Below are positions 1 to 13,002 of a stretch of DNA of 64,000 bases, one piece after another. Made by a program: the position numbers and the translations under genes. The notes under the pieces were generated by a model. It saw nothing but the letters and a program-made list of their open reading frames with translations. It was not told the DNA's origin and did not search any database. Source of the DNA: Lingula anatina (lineage: Eukaryota > Animalia > Brachiopoda); contig CM120641.1 of the NCBI GenBank assembly GCA_051362555.1, positions 22,196,001 through 22,260,000 of the forward strand, read 5' to 3'. Position 1 is the stretch's first letter. The number at the start of each line of letters is the position of its first letter.

Positions 1-428
1 CCTGTCTTACAGTCCCAATCATCAAAGAATATCTAGATCACAATCAATACTGTACTTACATAAGCATCATAGGTAACCAGACAAATGCATTAAGATGTCA
101 AATCATTGATGTAAGTATCTGACTGCAACATTTATATGATAGGTAGCTTTTGAAGTATGGAGATCAAACAAAGTCACAGTATGAAATAAACTGCCCTCAT
201 AAGATTATCAACAAGACCAGGACTGCTCATATGTAAAGAGCATGTGTTATTGTCTGTGTTTTAAAAAAAACACAGGTTTCTAAAAAAGAAACACACACAC
301 ACAAACACACACACACACACTGAGCTCATAGTCTTTGAGATATCCTGTTAGGTGCCAGTTGAAAATCCTTGATACTTTGTTTATTCTAGTACTTCAACCT
401 GTCTACTAGAGGATTAAAGGTGGAGTCT

Positions 429-606
429 CTTACTAGTCTATAAACCTGATAGATATTGTTTTAAAATGCTAGCTGAATCATGGATTTGTCCTTGATATTA
501 TTAAATCTTAATTAATCCCTTACTAGTCTATAAACCTGATATATATTGTTTTAAAATGCTAGCTGAATCATGGATTTGTCCTTGATATTATTAAATCTTA
601 ATTAAT
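429..606. repeat. Near-perfect 90-bp tandem duplication (2 copies)
   Basis: cttactagtctataaacctgat...aaatcttaattaat occurs at 429-516 and again at 519-606 with one substitution. Confidence 0.9.
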
Positions 607-840
607 GTCTGACTTCTCATTTCAGAAACCCATAAAGTAAGTGTTGCACCTGTCTTGTTGATGGTTCTAGGCACATATGCAGATCACTTAAAACTTTGCA
701 TATTTATAAAACTTGGCATCTCTTTGTTTCTCTCATGTACACAAACACACACCTTTAAACACACACACACACACACACACACCTAATGGTACAACAATAT
801 TAAGACATGCAGACTTCTATTTGATTTATATTTGACTTAC

Positions 841-1684
841 CGGCTTAAGGTGGGGATGGTCAAGCCTTGGACAGTTAGGTCCAGACAGGTCAAACCCATC
901 TTCTCTCCTCTTGACCTCAAAGTAGTATTTTCTGGAACAATTAAAACATTAACTGTAAAATACTTGTAAAATTCATGATAATCATGTGAAATTAATAATA
1001 TATAGCAAACAGAAATTTGAAAAGCATACCTTAGCTGAAAGCAATAGACATGAAATTATCTTTATTACTCAACATTTACACCTGCAAAAATATTAAACTT
1101 TTAAATAAAATAATTTCCAAGATGACATATCCACTTCAATGCAACTTAAAATAAAAATAATAACATCAAATTCTTTGTGATCATGTAAATTAAATAAATT
1201 TAAGTATACCCATTATACGGGTACACTTTTCAGAGCAAGTGGGTATGCATTTAATTTTCTAGAATAGTGAACAGTTAAATAGAATTAACAATTGGCACTA
1301 GGGCAGGATTTGTCATTTACAAGAGCACACCTAAAAAAAGTCAATCTTCCATTATACTGTATAATATAATGAAATTGACTGCGACTGCAGATACATTCCT
1401 TAACTTAATTAGCACTGCCGAATAACACAAAACTTTATATTTTAAACATCTGTACTCACAATTTTTTCGCAACTGTCTTGACAACAGCGTCGTGAGACAT
1501 CTTGAATTATCAACTGTTCCTTATCTGTATATACTAAGTCATGAAAATCTACTCCATCTTGCTGGCAGAATGTCCCCGGTGTTTTGGAGCTGTTGTTGAG
1601 AGCCTCTACACAGCGTATATCAACAAATATGCATGCGCGGGGCACCTGTTCCTGAAATAAGTCCCTCTTATTTGTAGCCATCAT
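841..1684 (-). CDS. Candidate 5' exons of an unidentified gene divergent from the galectin (partial, low confidence)
   Basis: ORF 1442-1711 has a phase-0 GTGAGT donor after 1460. Segment 931-841 is bounded by ttccag and GTAAGT and is open (KYYFEVKRREDGFDLSGPNCPRLDHPHLKP). The frames join via a 5-nt CTAAG (1034-1030) flanked by tttcag/GTATG. No family recognised. Confidence 0.3.
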
Positions 1685-2234
1685 TTTCAGTTTTGTATCC
1701 CAATAGCACATGTAGCTTCATGTGAGAAAAGAAAATATACGCAAGTCACATCGTAAATAATAAATTGGATAATTTACATTTCTTTAAAGAATTCCTTTCT
1801 TCCACATTAACGTAGCGGATGAATATTGGTTACTAGGAAGAGTAATATATTTGACCTAGTTGAAACCTGCATGCGGTTTCCATCCAATCAAATTGATTAG
1901 GCAAGGCTACATTCAAACTTGAGACGTGCGCGGCATATTTTAAATAGATCACTAATGAAAGCAAGGAAATAACTTATATATCAAACAAAAACGTAAATTG
2001 CTATTAGTGTGGACAGAATAAGAACCAGATAAGTTAAAACAAATTGTTGAGATCTCTTACAAAATAGAAAATATATATCTGCTATTTTCACTGGAGTCCA
2101 TATAGTTTCGGATCACTCTTAGTTTGCTATGCTACTGACCTACTTTCGAACTTCAGTCAACAAGTCACAGTCAACATTAGTCAATACAAGACTTGCAGAG
2201 ATTAGATTCCTATTCTATCTATTTGAAGACAGCT

Positions 2235-5200
2235 ATGGCTTCTCCAATATATGATCCGGTAAGGTGTATATCTGTGCTTATATAGTTTCTGTATGTTAAT
2301 TTAAAACTGCGATTATTTTAACCTTTAGAGTTCTATTCGTTTACTTTCATACTTTCACTTCCGCGTTTCTTGTGTCAAGCATATTTGTACCTTTGCGAAC
2401 TATTACTATATGTTGGAAATGAAATAAATATTTTGATTTTATGATAATAAATTACCTTAGTTTATTGAACAATGCAGTGTTTGGGTTATTTTGAGTAGCT
2501 CCGTTATATATTTCATATTTTTAGCTTTACTGCTAATTTTAAGTGCATAACTGAGGACTGATTAAGTCTATTTCCCCATGATGAGTTAGTTTTTCACTTT
2601 AAGTGAATGTAAAAGTTGTCATTTGTGATGGTTTTCAAATCAGTGGTTTGCAGTTTCGCTGTTTATGATATAATATGTTAGAGCTAAATGACATCAAGTT
2701 AACAACAAAATATCCTTGATTTTTACTCAAAAGACGTTCTCTTTGCACGAAATTCTGATTCTCTTTGCACGAAATTCATGTTATAGCACTTTTATTGATA
2801 TGTACTTGCTGTGCTAGTGCATGGAAACAAATGACTCAGAAAGGGTATAATGAAGACTAGTTTGTGCACCTGCCATGGCGCAGGAGTTCTCAAATTTTTA
2901 TCTTACCTCTCATCTCCTCAACTTGCACACTCCTGTCAAGCCAACCAGTTTTCCCATCAACAGAGATGTGGGTAAGGTTATATTCATCTGCTTGTTTACC
3001 AGTTTGGTCATCATGAAATCGTACAAGAATCCTGGATGGGAGAATCAAATGGCCATGATGAACAGCTTTCTTCTAATCTTGCAAGATTCACCAACCTCAA
3101 AGTCTCTTATAATCAAGTTGCTTATGGAACTTATATTGAATTTGATTCTGCTCAATAGGTTGCTTCCTGGAGGGAAAAATTTTTCAGAAGTCCATTTTGG
3201 TTTATTTTTGCAGTTGCTTGATTTTGCATGTTTAGATACATGTTATATATATATTAGTTATGTATGTATAAGTTATGTATGTCCCCTTTATTATAGCCTA
3301 CCCCATGCAGCAACCCTATCCCAGGCGGACTGACACCTGGTAAGATGATCTTCCTCAAAGGTCACATTCCACACAGAGCCAACAGGTAGGAATTGTGTTT
3401 GTGAAGCAGTAGACACTAAAGAGAAAGAGTATTTTATGAACATTTTTTCCTTTTGGGTAAGATTCTGTCAGTGGTGAAATGACATTAGTGATTTTTTACT
3501 ATTTTCAATTTGTCCCAAGTTTTAATTTGCAGCTGTTCACAATCTTACATAAAATGTTTAATTTTTATTTCCAGCTTTAATGATGCACATAAGCATGTCA
3601 AGCTGAAACATTCTAGGTGTTGTTATAATGTCTATTTTGAGGTGTCAAAATGACATGAACTTTCACTCTGTCCAAAGCTCTTAATTCTTAATTGCTGGCA
3701 TAAGAATGCATTTTATACATCAAGTGATTCACTCAAGCAAGAAATTACAAATAAATTACTAGGGAGCATTCACAACCAGTTAATTCGTGGATTAAATATG
3801 ACATGACCCACAAGTCTGCAGATGAACTCGTTGTGAATGCTCCCTTAGTGTGGATAGTTCTCTGCAGACCCTGGGTCATACCCTTCCCTTCTTGTATACC
3901 AGAATAGTTTAGGAAAGGTTCATGCAGATGGTAATGTTAAAATATATTATATATATATGACCATGTTGAGGTTATGCTGCTATCTGGGTGTCGTACACTG
4001 TATAATGAACATAATTAGTCTTCTAGTTTTTGGACTCCATATTTTATGCCAGAACTTTTGTTGTTTATTAGAATTAGATATAAAATCGTTTTTACCTGTT
4101 TTTTTTTTCACAATGAAACATTTCACTCTCTTTGATTACTTTCTGGGGAAATAATTCCTTGCTTAGGTCATAATTTTTCTGCAATTTAAGAAAAGTATCT
4201 GCATGTATTTTCCAGGTGGTCCTTCAACTTGCAAAGTGGGCCCAATCCAGAAAGTGATGTGGCATTCCATTTCAACCCAAGGTTTGAGGGAACTAATCAA
4301 GTAGTGAGGAATCACCGTCAGTCTGGCAGTTGGGGGCAGGAGGAGAGGCAGGGAGGGTTTCCATTTGTACAGAACAGAGACTTTGAGTGCATTATTCTGG
4401 TGCAGCATGACTGCTACAAGGTAGAAATGGTCAAGTTAACCTTGACATCATTTATTATGTGTGCTATTTTTTAAGGTTTAATTTTTTATTATTAGATCTC
4501 CAAATTTAGTGATAAATTTGTTCATGCTTTAAATACATGATTGTATTTTTACCATTATCTGGCAAAGGATCATTTTGGTTGTGGTTTAATTTTTATATAC
4601 AAAGACTGAAACACAGGAGGATGCATTTTTTTAAATTAGGGTTGACTGGTCTCTATAAACAAATATTAGTATGTACTAATGCTTTCCATGTCATAGTTGA
4701 ATTTTTTATAGGTTGCAGTCAATGGAAAGCACTTCATAGAATTTAAACACCGAATGTCTAAAGACAGGGCAACCTTCCTGAGAATAGAGGGTGATGTAAA
4801 AATAAGAAACATTGCTTTTCAAGGAGGCTCAGTAAGTATATATTATCTTTGCACTGTCTGTGTAGCAAAATGTTTAACCTCAGTAAATTTTATATTGTAC
4901 AATGCAGTATGTAACATCTGTATTATCATTGTATGGAGTGTACCTATTAATCACATTGATTTAAATATAGCTTATATTTCTCCAGGTTCCCTCTATGCCA
5001 CCAGGAGGATATGCTCCACCCACAGGGGCCTATGCCCCTCCCATTGGTGGGTATGGCCCACCTCCTCATGGGGGATTGGCCCCACCCCCTTCAGGAGGAT
5101 ATGCGCCATCTTGCGGATTCATTCCACCACCTGAATTTAATCCTCCTGTAAGTTACAAAAAGTGACTAATGATTTTTTAAATTTTATTTTATATTAATTG

Positions 5201-8200
5201 ATTTATGAAAAAAATAGAATCTTGCATTTGACCATGTGACTTGTGTTTTTTACCAATAACAAACCATGTACACTGCAGTGCACACAGGTTAAAACATGGT
5301 TTTATATTTTGTTAGAAATTAGAACATTTGACCAAGATTATTTATAAATTACAAAGTAGCTGTAATCCCCCTTTTCTGTGTTTTCCTACAGTTTGACTCT
5401 GCAATGGAGAGCTTTAGTCCAGAGGTAAAAATGGAACTGAGCTCCAGTCAGTATTATGTGATAAATGCTTTAGAGAGCTTAATATGTACAATTTTCCTTG
5501 AAAAATGAAGCAATGATGAACCTGCCTTTCTTTGAAACAGGTGTTAATGTACATGCTAGCCTAGACAGTAGAGTATTGTCTTAAGATTGAATAATAATGT
5601 GATTGAAAATTTGAAAATGAAGAGTTTCTATTGCAACCCAAACAACAGGGAACAGATATTTGAAGTAGATTTCACCCTTTCATAAATTGTAAGTGATTAT
5701 TATGCTCAGTAAGTATCAGTCGCCTCCTCCTTTTTTTATGTACAGACACAGATGTGTCTGTACATATTGCCATCGCCTGCGTCTGTCGTCGCCGATGCCG
5801 ATGCCGATGCCATCGCTGTGCACTTTCCTTGTAAACACGATAAGTGGAGGGCAGTTTTACTTTTTGGCTTTATATTTACAGAGCTGATGAATATTCATAA
5901 AACGCAGGTCAAGTTCGAAAATCGGCATGATCGGGCCATTACTGTAGTATTTATGCTGTTTTTTCATTTTTCAGCATATATGCAACACTGTAAACACAAT
6001 ATAAGAAAAACAGATAGGCCATAGGTCATGAAACTCACAGAAGTGGTCAATCTTACTAAAACGCAGGTTGAGTTCGAAAATCAGCATAATCGGGCCATTA
6101 TTTTAGAAGTTATGCTGTTTTTTCACATTTTCCAGATTCAATTCTTAGGCATGTTAACAGTCTTATTATTTTACTAATAAGATACATAAAAGTGTTTGTT
6201 TGACATTTCCTGCATCTTTACAACATTGTTACCCAGCGGGCAAATCAACATTGAATCAATGTTGAATCAACGTTGATGGTCAACGTTGAAACTATGTTGA
6301 TATGACGTTGACTATGAAAGTTGACTCAACGTTGAACCATCAAGGTTGAATCAACCTTGATGTATCAATGTTGAATCAACGTTGACGGTCAACGTTGAAA
6401 CTATGTTGATATGACGTTGACTATGAAAGTTGACTCAACGTTGAACCATCAAGGTTGAATCAACCTTGAGGTATCAATGTTGAATCAACGTTGATGGTCA
6501 ACGTTGAAACTATGTTGATATGACGTTGACTATGAAAGTTGACTCAACGTTGAACCATCAAGGTTGAATCAACCTTGATGTATCAAGGTTGAATCAACGT
6601 TGACGGTCAACGTTGAAACTATGTTGATATGACGTTGACTATGAAAGTTGACTCAACGTTGAACCATCAAGGTTGAATCAACCTTGAGGTATCAATGTTG
6701 AATCAACGTTGACGGTCAATGTTGAAACTATGTTGATATGACGTTGACTATGAAAGTTGACTCAACGTTGAACCATCAAGGTTGAATCAACCTTGAACCA
6801 TCACGGTTGAAACAACCTTGAGGTATCAATGTTGAATCAACATTGATACCTCAATGTTGAATCAATGTTGAAATAAAGTTGAATTTGAAAATTGAATTAA
6901 TGTTGATATATCAATTAGGCTATCAGGATATTTGATTGAAATTTGCCTGATGGCTGAAGGTGTTCTCCATGATCAAGCATTTCTTGAAATAAAAAGACTC
7001 AGATCTGAAAAGGGGGGAAATTAGGAAAATTACCTACAAAAAAAGGTAATTTCGGAAGAAAAGGGGGGGGGGGTCCAGACCCCGGGACCAGGACCAGTTT
7101 GATGCTCAGTGTAACGGACCAAAACTGCCCGAACATAAAAAAACACAAACAACAACTAACTTAACTATGAATATAATATATTACAAACAATGAACATACA
7201 CTACATACACTAACTACATGTAATACTATCATGTTGCATAAACTTTAACATTTGTCAAATACAGTTAAATTCTAACAGATTCGTAGACAGTTAAGTTTTG
7301 AAGACGCAATGTCACAGTTTTACGAGTCCTTTTCTGTTAAACGTTCCTCCTGATAGTGTGGCGTTTTGAATATGCAATGTCACCGTTTTCCATGTCCTTG
7401 TCTGTTGAACGATCCTCCCGATAGTGTGGCCTCACAAAGTACTGTTAATAAAGTACAGTTTTTGTACTGTAAAAGTGTTACACACTGTCCACACTCACGT
7501 GTTGCATCAGTTCATGTTATCCGGAGTCTCGCACTTAATAACAGTCCCGCACTTCATTTACATTATACAAGTATGCAGGCACATACGGTAATTACTCATA
7601 AAAATTGAACAACAAATTAGCTTTACTAAAATAATTATAACGTCACATCAGGTAGTTAAGATAATTTAAAGAATACAAAAACAAAGGGTCACCAGTCTAA
7701 TTTTTTTCTCACAGCTAACTTAAATTTCCAGAAAAACAGGCATTTTTGGCTTTTTCAAGCTTTTTCTTCAACCTTGAGTAAAATTTTGTCAATTTGCCAT
7801 AAAGTAAGGCTGGTGACCCTATGTTTTTTTCATTTTCTTAAAGATAACCTGTGGAAAGTTAAAAAAAAAACTGACGACCGCTTTTTTCACAAAATTAATT
7901 TTAATGAAAAAGGGGTAAAACAAGCGTTTTATGAGGGGTAATTACCCCTATGCATACCTCTCTAGTGAGATAATCATTTAAAACTATTATCAAGGTTATG
8001 ATTAAGGTTATAAAGTTAAGGTTGGCCCAATGTTGAGATATAGTTGATATGTCAACATTGACAAAGGGTTTACAAACACAGGTTGCTTCAATGTTGAAAT
8101 CCTGTTGATCTATCAACATTGAAAACTGATTGACAAAGAAAGGTAAAATCAATCTTTGAGACCCTGTTGATCTATCAACATTGACAATTGGTTGACAAGA

Positions 8201-11200
8201 AAAGGTTGATTCAATGTTGAAATCCTGTTGATCTATCAACATTGAAAACTGATTGACAAAGAAAGGTAAAATCAATGTTGAGACCCTGTTGATCTATCAA
8301 CATTGACAATTGGTTGACAAGAAAAGGTTGATTCAATGTTGAAATCTTGTTGATTTATCAATATTGATGGATCAATATCATCTCAACCTATCCTCAATGT
8401 TGAATCAACGTTGAGTGCCCGCTGGGTAGTTGATTATGAAAAATTGATGGTAAACTTGTTATCGTGTATTGTGTAATAAAGTGTCAAAAATGGAAATAAA
8501 CTCATATCATTGCAGTTTGTCAGATTCAATCATTCACTATGTTCAGAATCTCAGAATGGAGGAAATTGGATATTTAACACTATTCTATTGATATTTTTCC
8601 CATCTCATCAATTTTCTTAGTTGATCATATAAAAATTGCAGTAAACTGTTTATTTTGTTTCATGTTAAAAAAAGTGTTAAAAATGGAAATAAACCCATGT
8701 CAGAACAGTGCTGTCTTGTTTCACATTTCCTCAGATTCAATTTTAGGCATGTTAACAGTCTCATTATTTAACTAATAAGACATGTAAAAGTGTTTGGTTG
8801 ACATTTCCTGCATCTTTACAACATTATTAGTTGATTATGTAAAAATGATGGTAAACTTGTAATCGTGTATTGTGTAATAAAGTGTCAAAAATGGAAATAA
8901 ACTCATATCATTGCAGTTTGTCAGATTCAATCATTCACTATATTCAGAATCTCAGAATGGAGGAAATTGGACATTTAACACTGTTGTATTGATATTTTTC
9001 CAATCTCATCAATTTTCTTAGTTGATCGTATAAAAATGGCAGTAACCTGTTAATTTTGTTTTATGTTAAAAAAATTGTTAAAAATGAAAAAAAAAAAAAA
9101 AACATTTCAGAACAGTGCTGTCTTTGTTTACATTTTGGCATTTTCAAGTTCTGACTTAGAAGTTCCATGGGCCTGAAGACCTTTGCTAGTCACATTTTCT
9201 GAATATCCATGATACTAATATTTTATTATTAACAAGACAGCACTGTTCTGAAATGTTTTTTTTTCCCATTTTTAACAATTTTTAACATAAAACAAAATTA
9301 ACAGCTTACTGCCATTTTTATATGATCAACTAAGAAAATTGATGAGATGGGAAAAATATCAATAGAGCAGTGTTAAATGTCCAATTTCTTCCATTCTGAG
9401 ATTCTGAACATAGTGAATGATTGAATCTGACAAACTGCAATGATATGAGTTTATTTCCACTTTTGAAACTTTATTACACAATACACGATAACAAGTTTAC
9501 CATCATTTTTACGAAATCAACTAACAATGTTATAAAGATGCAGGAAATGTCAAACAAAAACTTTTACGTATCTTATTAGTTTAATAATGAGACTGTTAAC
9601 ATGCCTAAGAATTGAATCTGAGGAAATGTGAAAAATATGCTGAAAAGTGAAAAAACAGCATAACTTCTACAATAATGACCCGATCATGCTGATTTTCGAA
9701 CTTGACCTGCGTTTTATGAATATTCACCAGCTCTGTAAATATAAAGCCAAAAAGGTAAAACTGCCCTCCACTTATCGTGTTTACAAGGAAAGTGCACGGC
9801 ATCGGCATCGCCATCGCCATCGCCATCGGCATCGGCGACGACAGACGCAGGTGATGGCAATATGTACAGACACATCTGTGTCTGTACATAAAAATTGATG
9901 GTCATTATTCTGTTAAACATTATGTAATATTGCATCAAAATCTGAAAAAAATCTATTTTGGGCACTGCTCCCATGATGACCATTTAAGAAAAACCATGTC
10001 ACTTACTGTTCTCAAACAGTACAGTAAATAAGTACAGATGTGTCTGTACATATTGCCATCACCTGTGTCTGTCGTCGCCGTCCTCACTGGCGCTGGCGCC
10101 GGCGCCGTGCACTTTCATTGTAAACACAATAAGTGGAAGGCAGTTTTACTTTTTGGCTGTATACTTACAGAGCTGATGAATATTCATAAAATGCAGGTCA
10201 AGTTCGAAAATCAGCATGATCGGGCCATTATTGTAGAAGTTATGCTGTTTTTTCACTTTTCAGCATATATGCAACACTGTAAACACATTTCAAGGAAAAC
10301 CGATAGGCCTGTTGTCATGAAACTCACAGGAGTAATCGATCTTACTATAACACAGGTAAAGTTCGAAAATCGGCATGATCGGGCCACTATTTTAGTAGTT
10401 ATGCTGTATTTTTCATTTTTCAGCATATATGCAACACTGTAAACACAATATACGAAAAACAGATAGGCCAATTGTCATTAAACTCACAGGAGTGGTCATT
10501 CCTGCTAAAACGCAGGTTGAGTTAAAAAATCAGCATAATCGGGCCATTATTTTAAAGGAATGCCGTTTTTTCACATTTCCTCAGATTAAATTCTTAGGCA
10601 TGTTAACAGTTTCAATTTTTAATTAATAAGATACGTAAAAGTGTTTGTTTGGCATTTCCTGCATCTTTACAACATCATTACTTGATTATGTAAAAATGAT
10701 GGTAAACTTGTTATTGTGTATTGTGTAATAAAGTTTCAAAAATGGAAATAAACTCATATCATTGCAGTTTGTCAGATTCAATCATTCACTATGTTCAGAA
10801 TCTCAGAATGGAAGAAATTGGACATTTAACACTGCTCTATTAATATTTTTCCCATCTCATCAATTTTCTTAGTTGATCATATAAAAACGGTAGTAAACTT
10901 TTAATTTTGTTTTATGTTAGAAATTGTTAAAACTGGAAAAAAAAACATTTCAGAACATTGCTGTCTTGTTCCCATTCTGGCATTTTCAAAGTATCTACTT
11001 GTCTCTCATGAGCCTGAAGCCTTATGGTTCTTACATTTTACTTACATCGGTAATACTTGTTGAGGTTGATTAAAATTTGATTTTAAATTTGCAGTTAACC
11101 ATGATGTACTTTTGCATCAGCATTGGCAGTAGCATATTTTATGCATTGTTATTTCCTGCTTTTTGTCTGTACATTTGACAGCTTTGCTGCCTTGTCTAAC

Positions 11201-11612
11201 CTTCATGACAGATGGATTGTCCCCTCAACCCTGTTAACCACCCTGCATCTCCTTTTTGAGTGGTCTTAAATTCCTGCATATATATAAGTTGCAGTATTCC
11301 TTAACACATTTTTTGACTGACAAAAATTGTGTCATTCTTTTACCTGAAATTTGTAAAACATTTTTGACAAACAATTTAAGGCATTGCTGCCCAGTGTATG
11401 GTTTGTACATTTAGAACAGCCACAACAGAGAAAGTAAAGTTGCCACATTATATTGCTTCCATATTTGTCAGACGTAAGCAGTTTATTCTGTTGACATGTA
11501 CATGTACTATAATATTTCAGGGAACATCTTTCCCAGGGAGTGGGTATCCTCCCCAGCCAGTTTATAACCCAGTGAGTTATTGCCATTTTTTTAATAATTT
11601 ATGGATATTCTT

Positions 11613-11643
<31 letters not shown>

Positions 11644-13002
11644 TTTACAGAGAAAGGATAAAGTTAAAGAAACCCGTATTCTTGACAGACTAGAAATGTG
11701 CAATCTTGGGTTGAACTTATTTCCGTCAAGTTCTGCCTATCACAGTGCCTGTATATATTTCAGTTAGTAATAGTTGTACTATTTCAGAGAGTACCCTACA
11801 GCCAACACATCCCAGGAGGGATGTATCCTGGCAGGATGATATTCATCAGTGGCACCCCAAACATGAACCCCTCCAGGTAGGGCAACTAGCTTTGGCATAC
11901 CTGTACAGCTTTTAAGCTTTTAACTTAAAAGTGTGAAAGTAGAGAATCATTTTATACAGTCTGCACACATCTCTGTCATGGTTCCAGTATATGTATGCCT
12001 GGGTTTCAGCAGTTTAAGAACTGTCCGAAAAAAGTTAGTAACTCTAGATAACTTTTTAAAGCACAGTAAGCTTTCTGCTATAATTGCAGTCTTGTTCTCA
12101 CAGACAAACTGATTGTTAGAAAATGTCATGTGTTTTATGGGTGTTATAATGAAGAAAATCCTGAATTCTGTTTTCATTTCCCCAGGTTTCACATCAACCT
12201 GCAGTGTGGTCAGCACAGCGGCTGTGACATAGCTTTGCACTTTGATGTCAGGTTTAGCTATGGCAGTAATTACAATGTGGTGGTGCGCAATTCCCAACAA
12301 GGTGGAGGCTGGCAAAATGAGGAACGCTCTCATCCATACTTCCCTTTTGCTGCTGGGGCTAATTTTGATGTTGTGATTTTATGTGAGCAACAATGCTTCA
12401 AGGTTATTATCACAGTTTTAATATTTTGAATTGATCTTTATGTATTTAAGGAATCTTTATGTATTAAAGGCCTTTTTTACATTGAGTGTTATATCTTGGC
12501 AACACCAGTATGTTTTAAGAGATAGGCAACTAAATAATAGCCTGGCTATTATGTAAGAAATTGAGCCTTCCCCACACTCAGAATGGCTAATTTTCTATTA
12601 ACAACATCAAGTAAAATCCTGCAGAAGTTGTGAAAGGGAGTACCAGTGATATCCCTGTAGCATAGTTATGTGGTAGAACCTCAAAACAGCTGCATTAAGA
12701 AGTTATAATACTTGATGTGAAAAGGCCTTTAAGCTTTTCCTATAGATTATTTGAGGTATATATAGAGTGTTACTAAACTGAATTGGAAAGTCTGAAAAGG
12801 AAACTATTATTTCACAATTGAAATAATCAAAATTACCAAGTTACAAATACTAGTTCGTATATATTGTAAATCTTGTTTATTTCAGGTGGCAGTAAACAAC
12901 CAGCACTTCATTGAGTTTGCTCATCGCATACAGCCACCCACACTTGCTGACACCTTGGCAATAGATGGTGATGTCAGAATCACGTCAGTCCGTGTACAGT
13001 AA
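2235..13002 (+). CDS. Tandem-repeat (two-CRD) galectin, galectin-4/8/9-like, about 357 aa, 9 coding exons
   Basis: Exons 2235-2258, 3297-3385, 4216-4420, 4712-4831, 4986-5147, 11521-11571, 11788-11876, 12186-12402, 12886-13002; all GT-AG and in phase (1074 nt). CRD1 has FHFNPRF...VVRN...WGQEER; CRD2 has LHFDVRF...VVRN...WQNEER. Pro/Gly/Tyr linker; no signal peptide, as expected for galectins. Confidence 0.95.
3762..3844. mobile_element. 83-bp PIF/Harbinger-like MITE (hairpin) in galectin intron 2
   Basis: TIR GGGAGCATTCACAAC / GTTGTGAATGCTCCC, flanked by CTA and TTA (TWA-type target site). Confidence 0.7.
6256..6800. repeat. 109-bp tandem array, about 5 near-identical copies
   Basis: Unit starts at 6256, 6365, 6474, 6583, 6692; each unit holds several TCAA(C/G)GTTGA palindromes; no unique spacers. 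Confidence 0.9.
7100..7650 (-). mobile_element. Possible orphan LTR (BEL/Pao-like) nested in the CCC element
   Basis: Ends TGATG...CATCA. On - strand it is followed by aacTGGTCCT, resembling the start of a tRNA primer-binding site. No TSD and no internal ORF. Confidence 0.3.
9231..9894 (+). mobile_element. Helentron/HINE-type element, inverted relative to its neighbours
   Basis: Reverse complement of 8745-9130 sequence; ends with (GGCATC/GCCATC)n, hairpin TGTACAGACACATCTGTGTCTGTACA and TAAAAA. Confidence 0.8.
10033..11195 (-). mobile_element. Helentron/HINE-type element (near full length)
   Basis: 5' end ACAAGGCAGCAAAGCTGTCAAATGTACAGAC on - strand from 11195, three 161-bp-type units, GC-rich microsatellite remnant and partial terminal hairpin near 10033-10050. 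Confidence 0.8.

Larger units (their letters stand above)
6232..8426. mobile_element. CCC-terminal non-autonomous DNA transposon (CMC/EnSpm-like) with palindromic subterminal arrays
   Basis: Perfect 11-bp TIR CCCAGCGGGCA / TGCCCGCTGGG with TA duplicated at 6230-6231 and 8427-8428. Both ends are built from TCAACGTTGA-like palindromes. Superfamily assignment is inferred from the termini. Confidence 0.8.
5731..9225 (-). mobile_element. Helentron/HINE-type non-autonomous element, interrupted by the 6232-8426 insertion
   Basis: Terminal hairpin TGTACAGACACA-ga-TGTGTCTGTACA next to a T-run at 5731-5764, then a (GCCGAT)n microsatellite and 161-bp-type units. Sequence resumes at 8428 exactly where it broke (caacattgtta/gttgatt); an internal segment is duplicated (about 8430 and 8830). 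Confidence 0.75.

Noticed and set aside
2875-3333. 152-aa ORF in galectin intron 1
   Set aside because: Reads through repeat-like intronic sequence and overlaps galectin exon 2 in the wrong frame.
6256-6800. Palindromic periodic array as a CRISPR array
   Set aside because: Units are wholly repeated with no unique spacers, no cas genes, eukaryotic context, and the array lies inside a TIR element.
5693-10626. Similar short ORFs (MCLYILPSP..., MYRHRCVCTY...) as a small gene family
   Set aside because: They are translations of HINE 3' ends on both strands, with frameshifts between copies.
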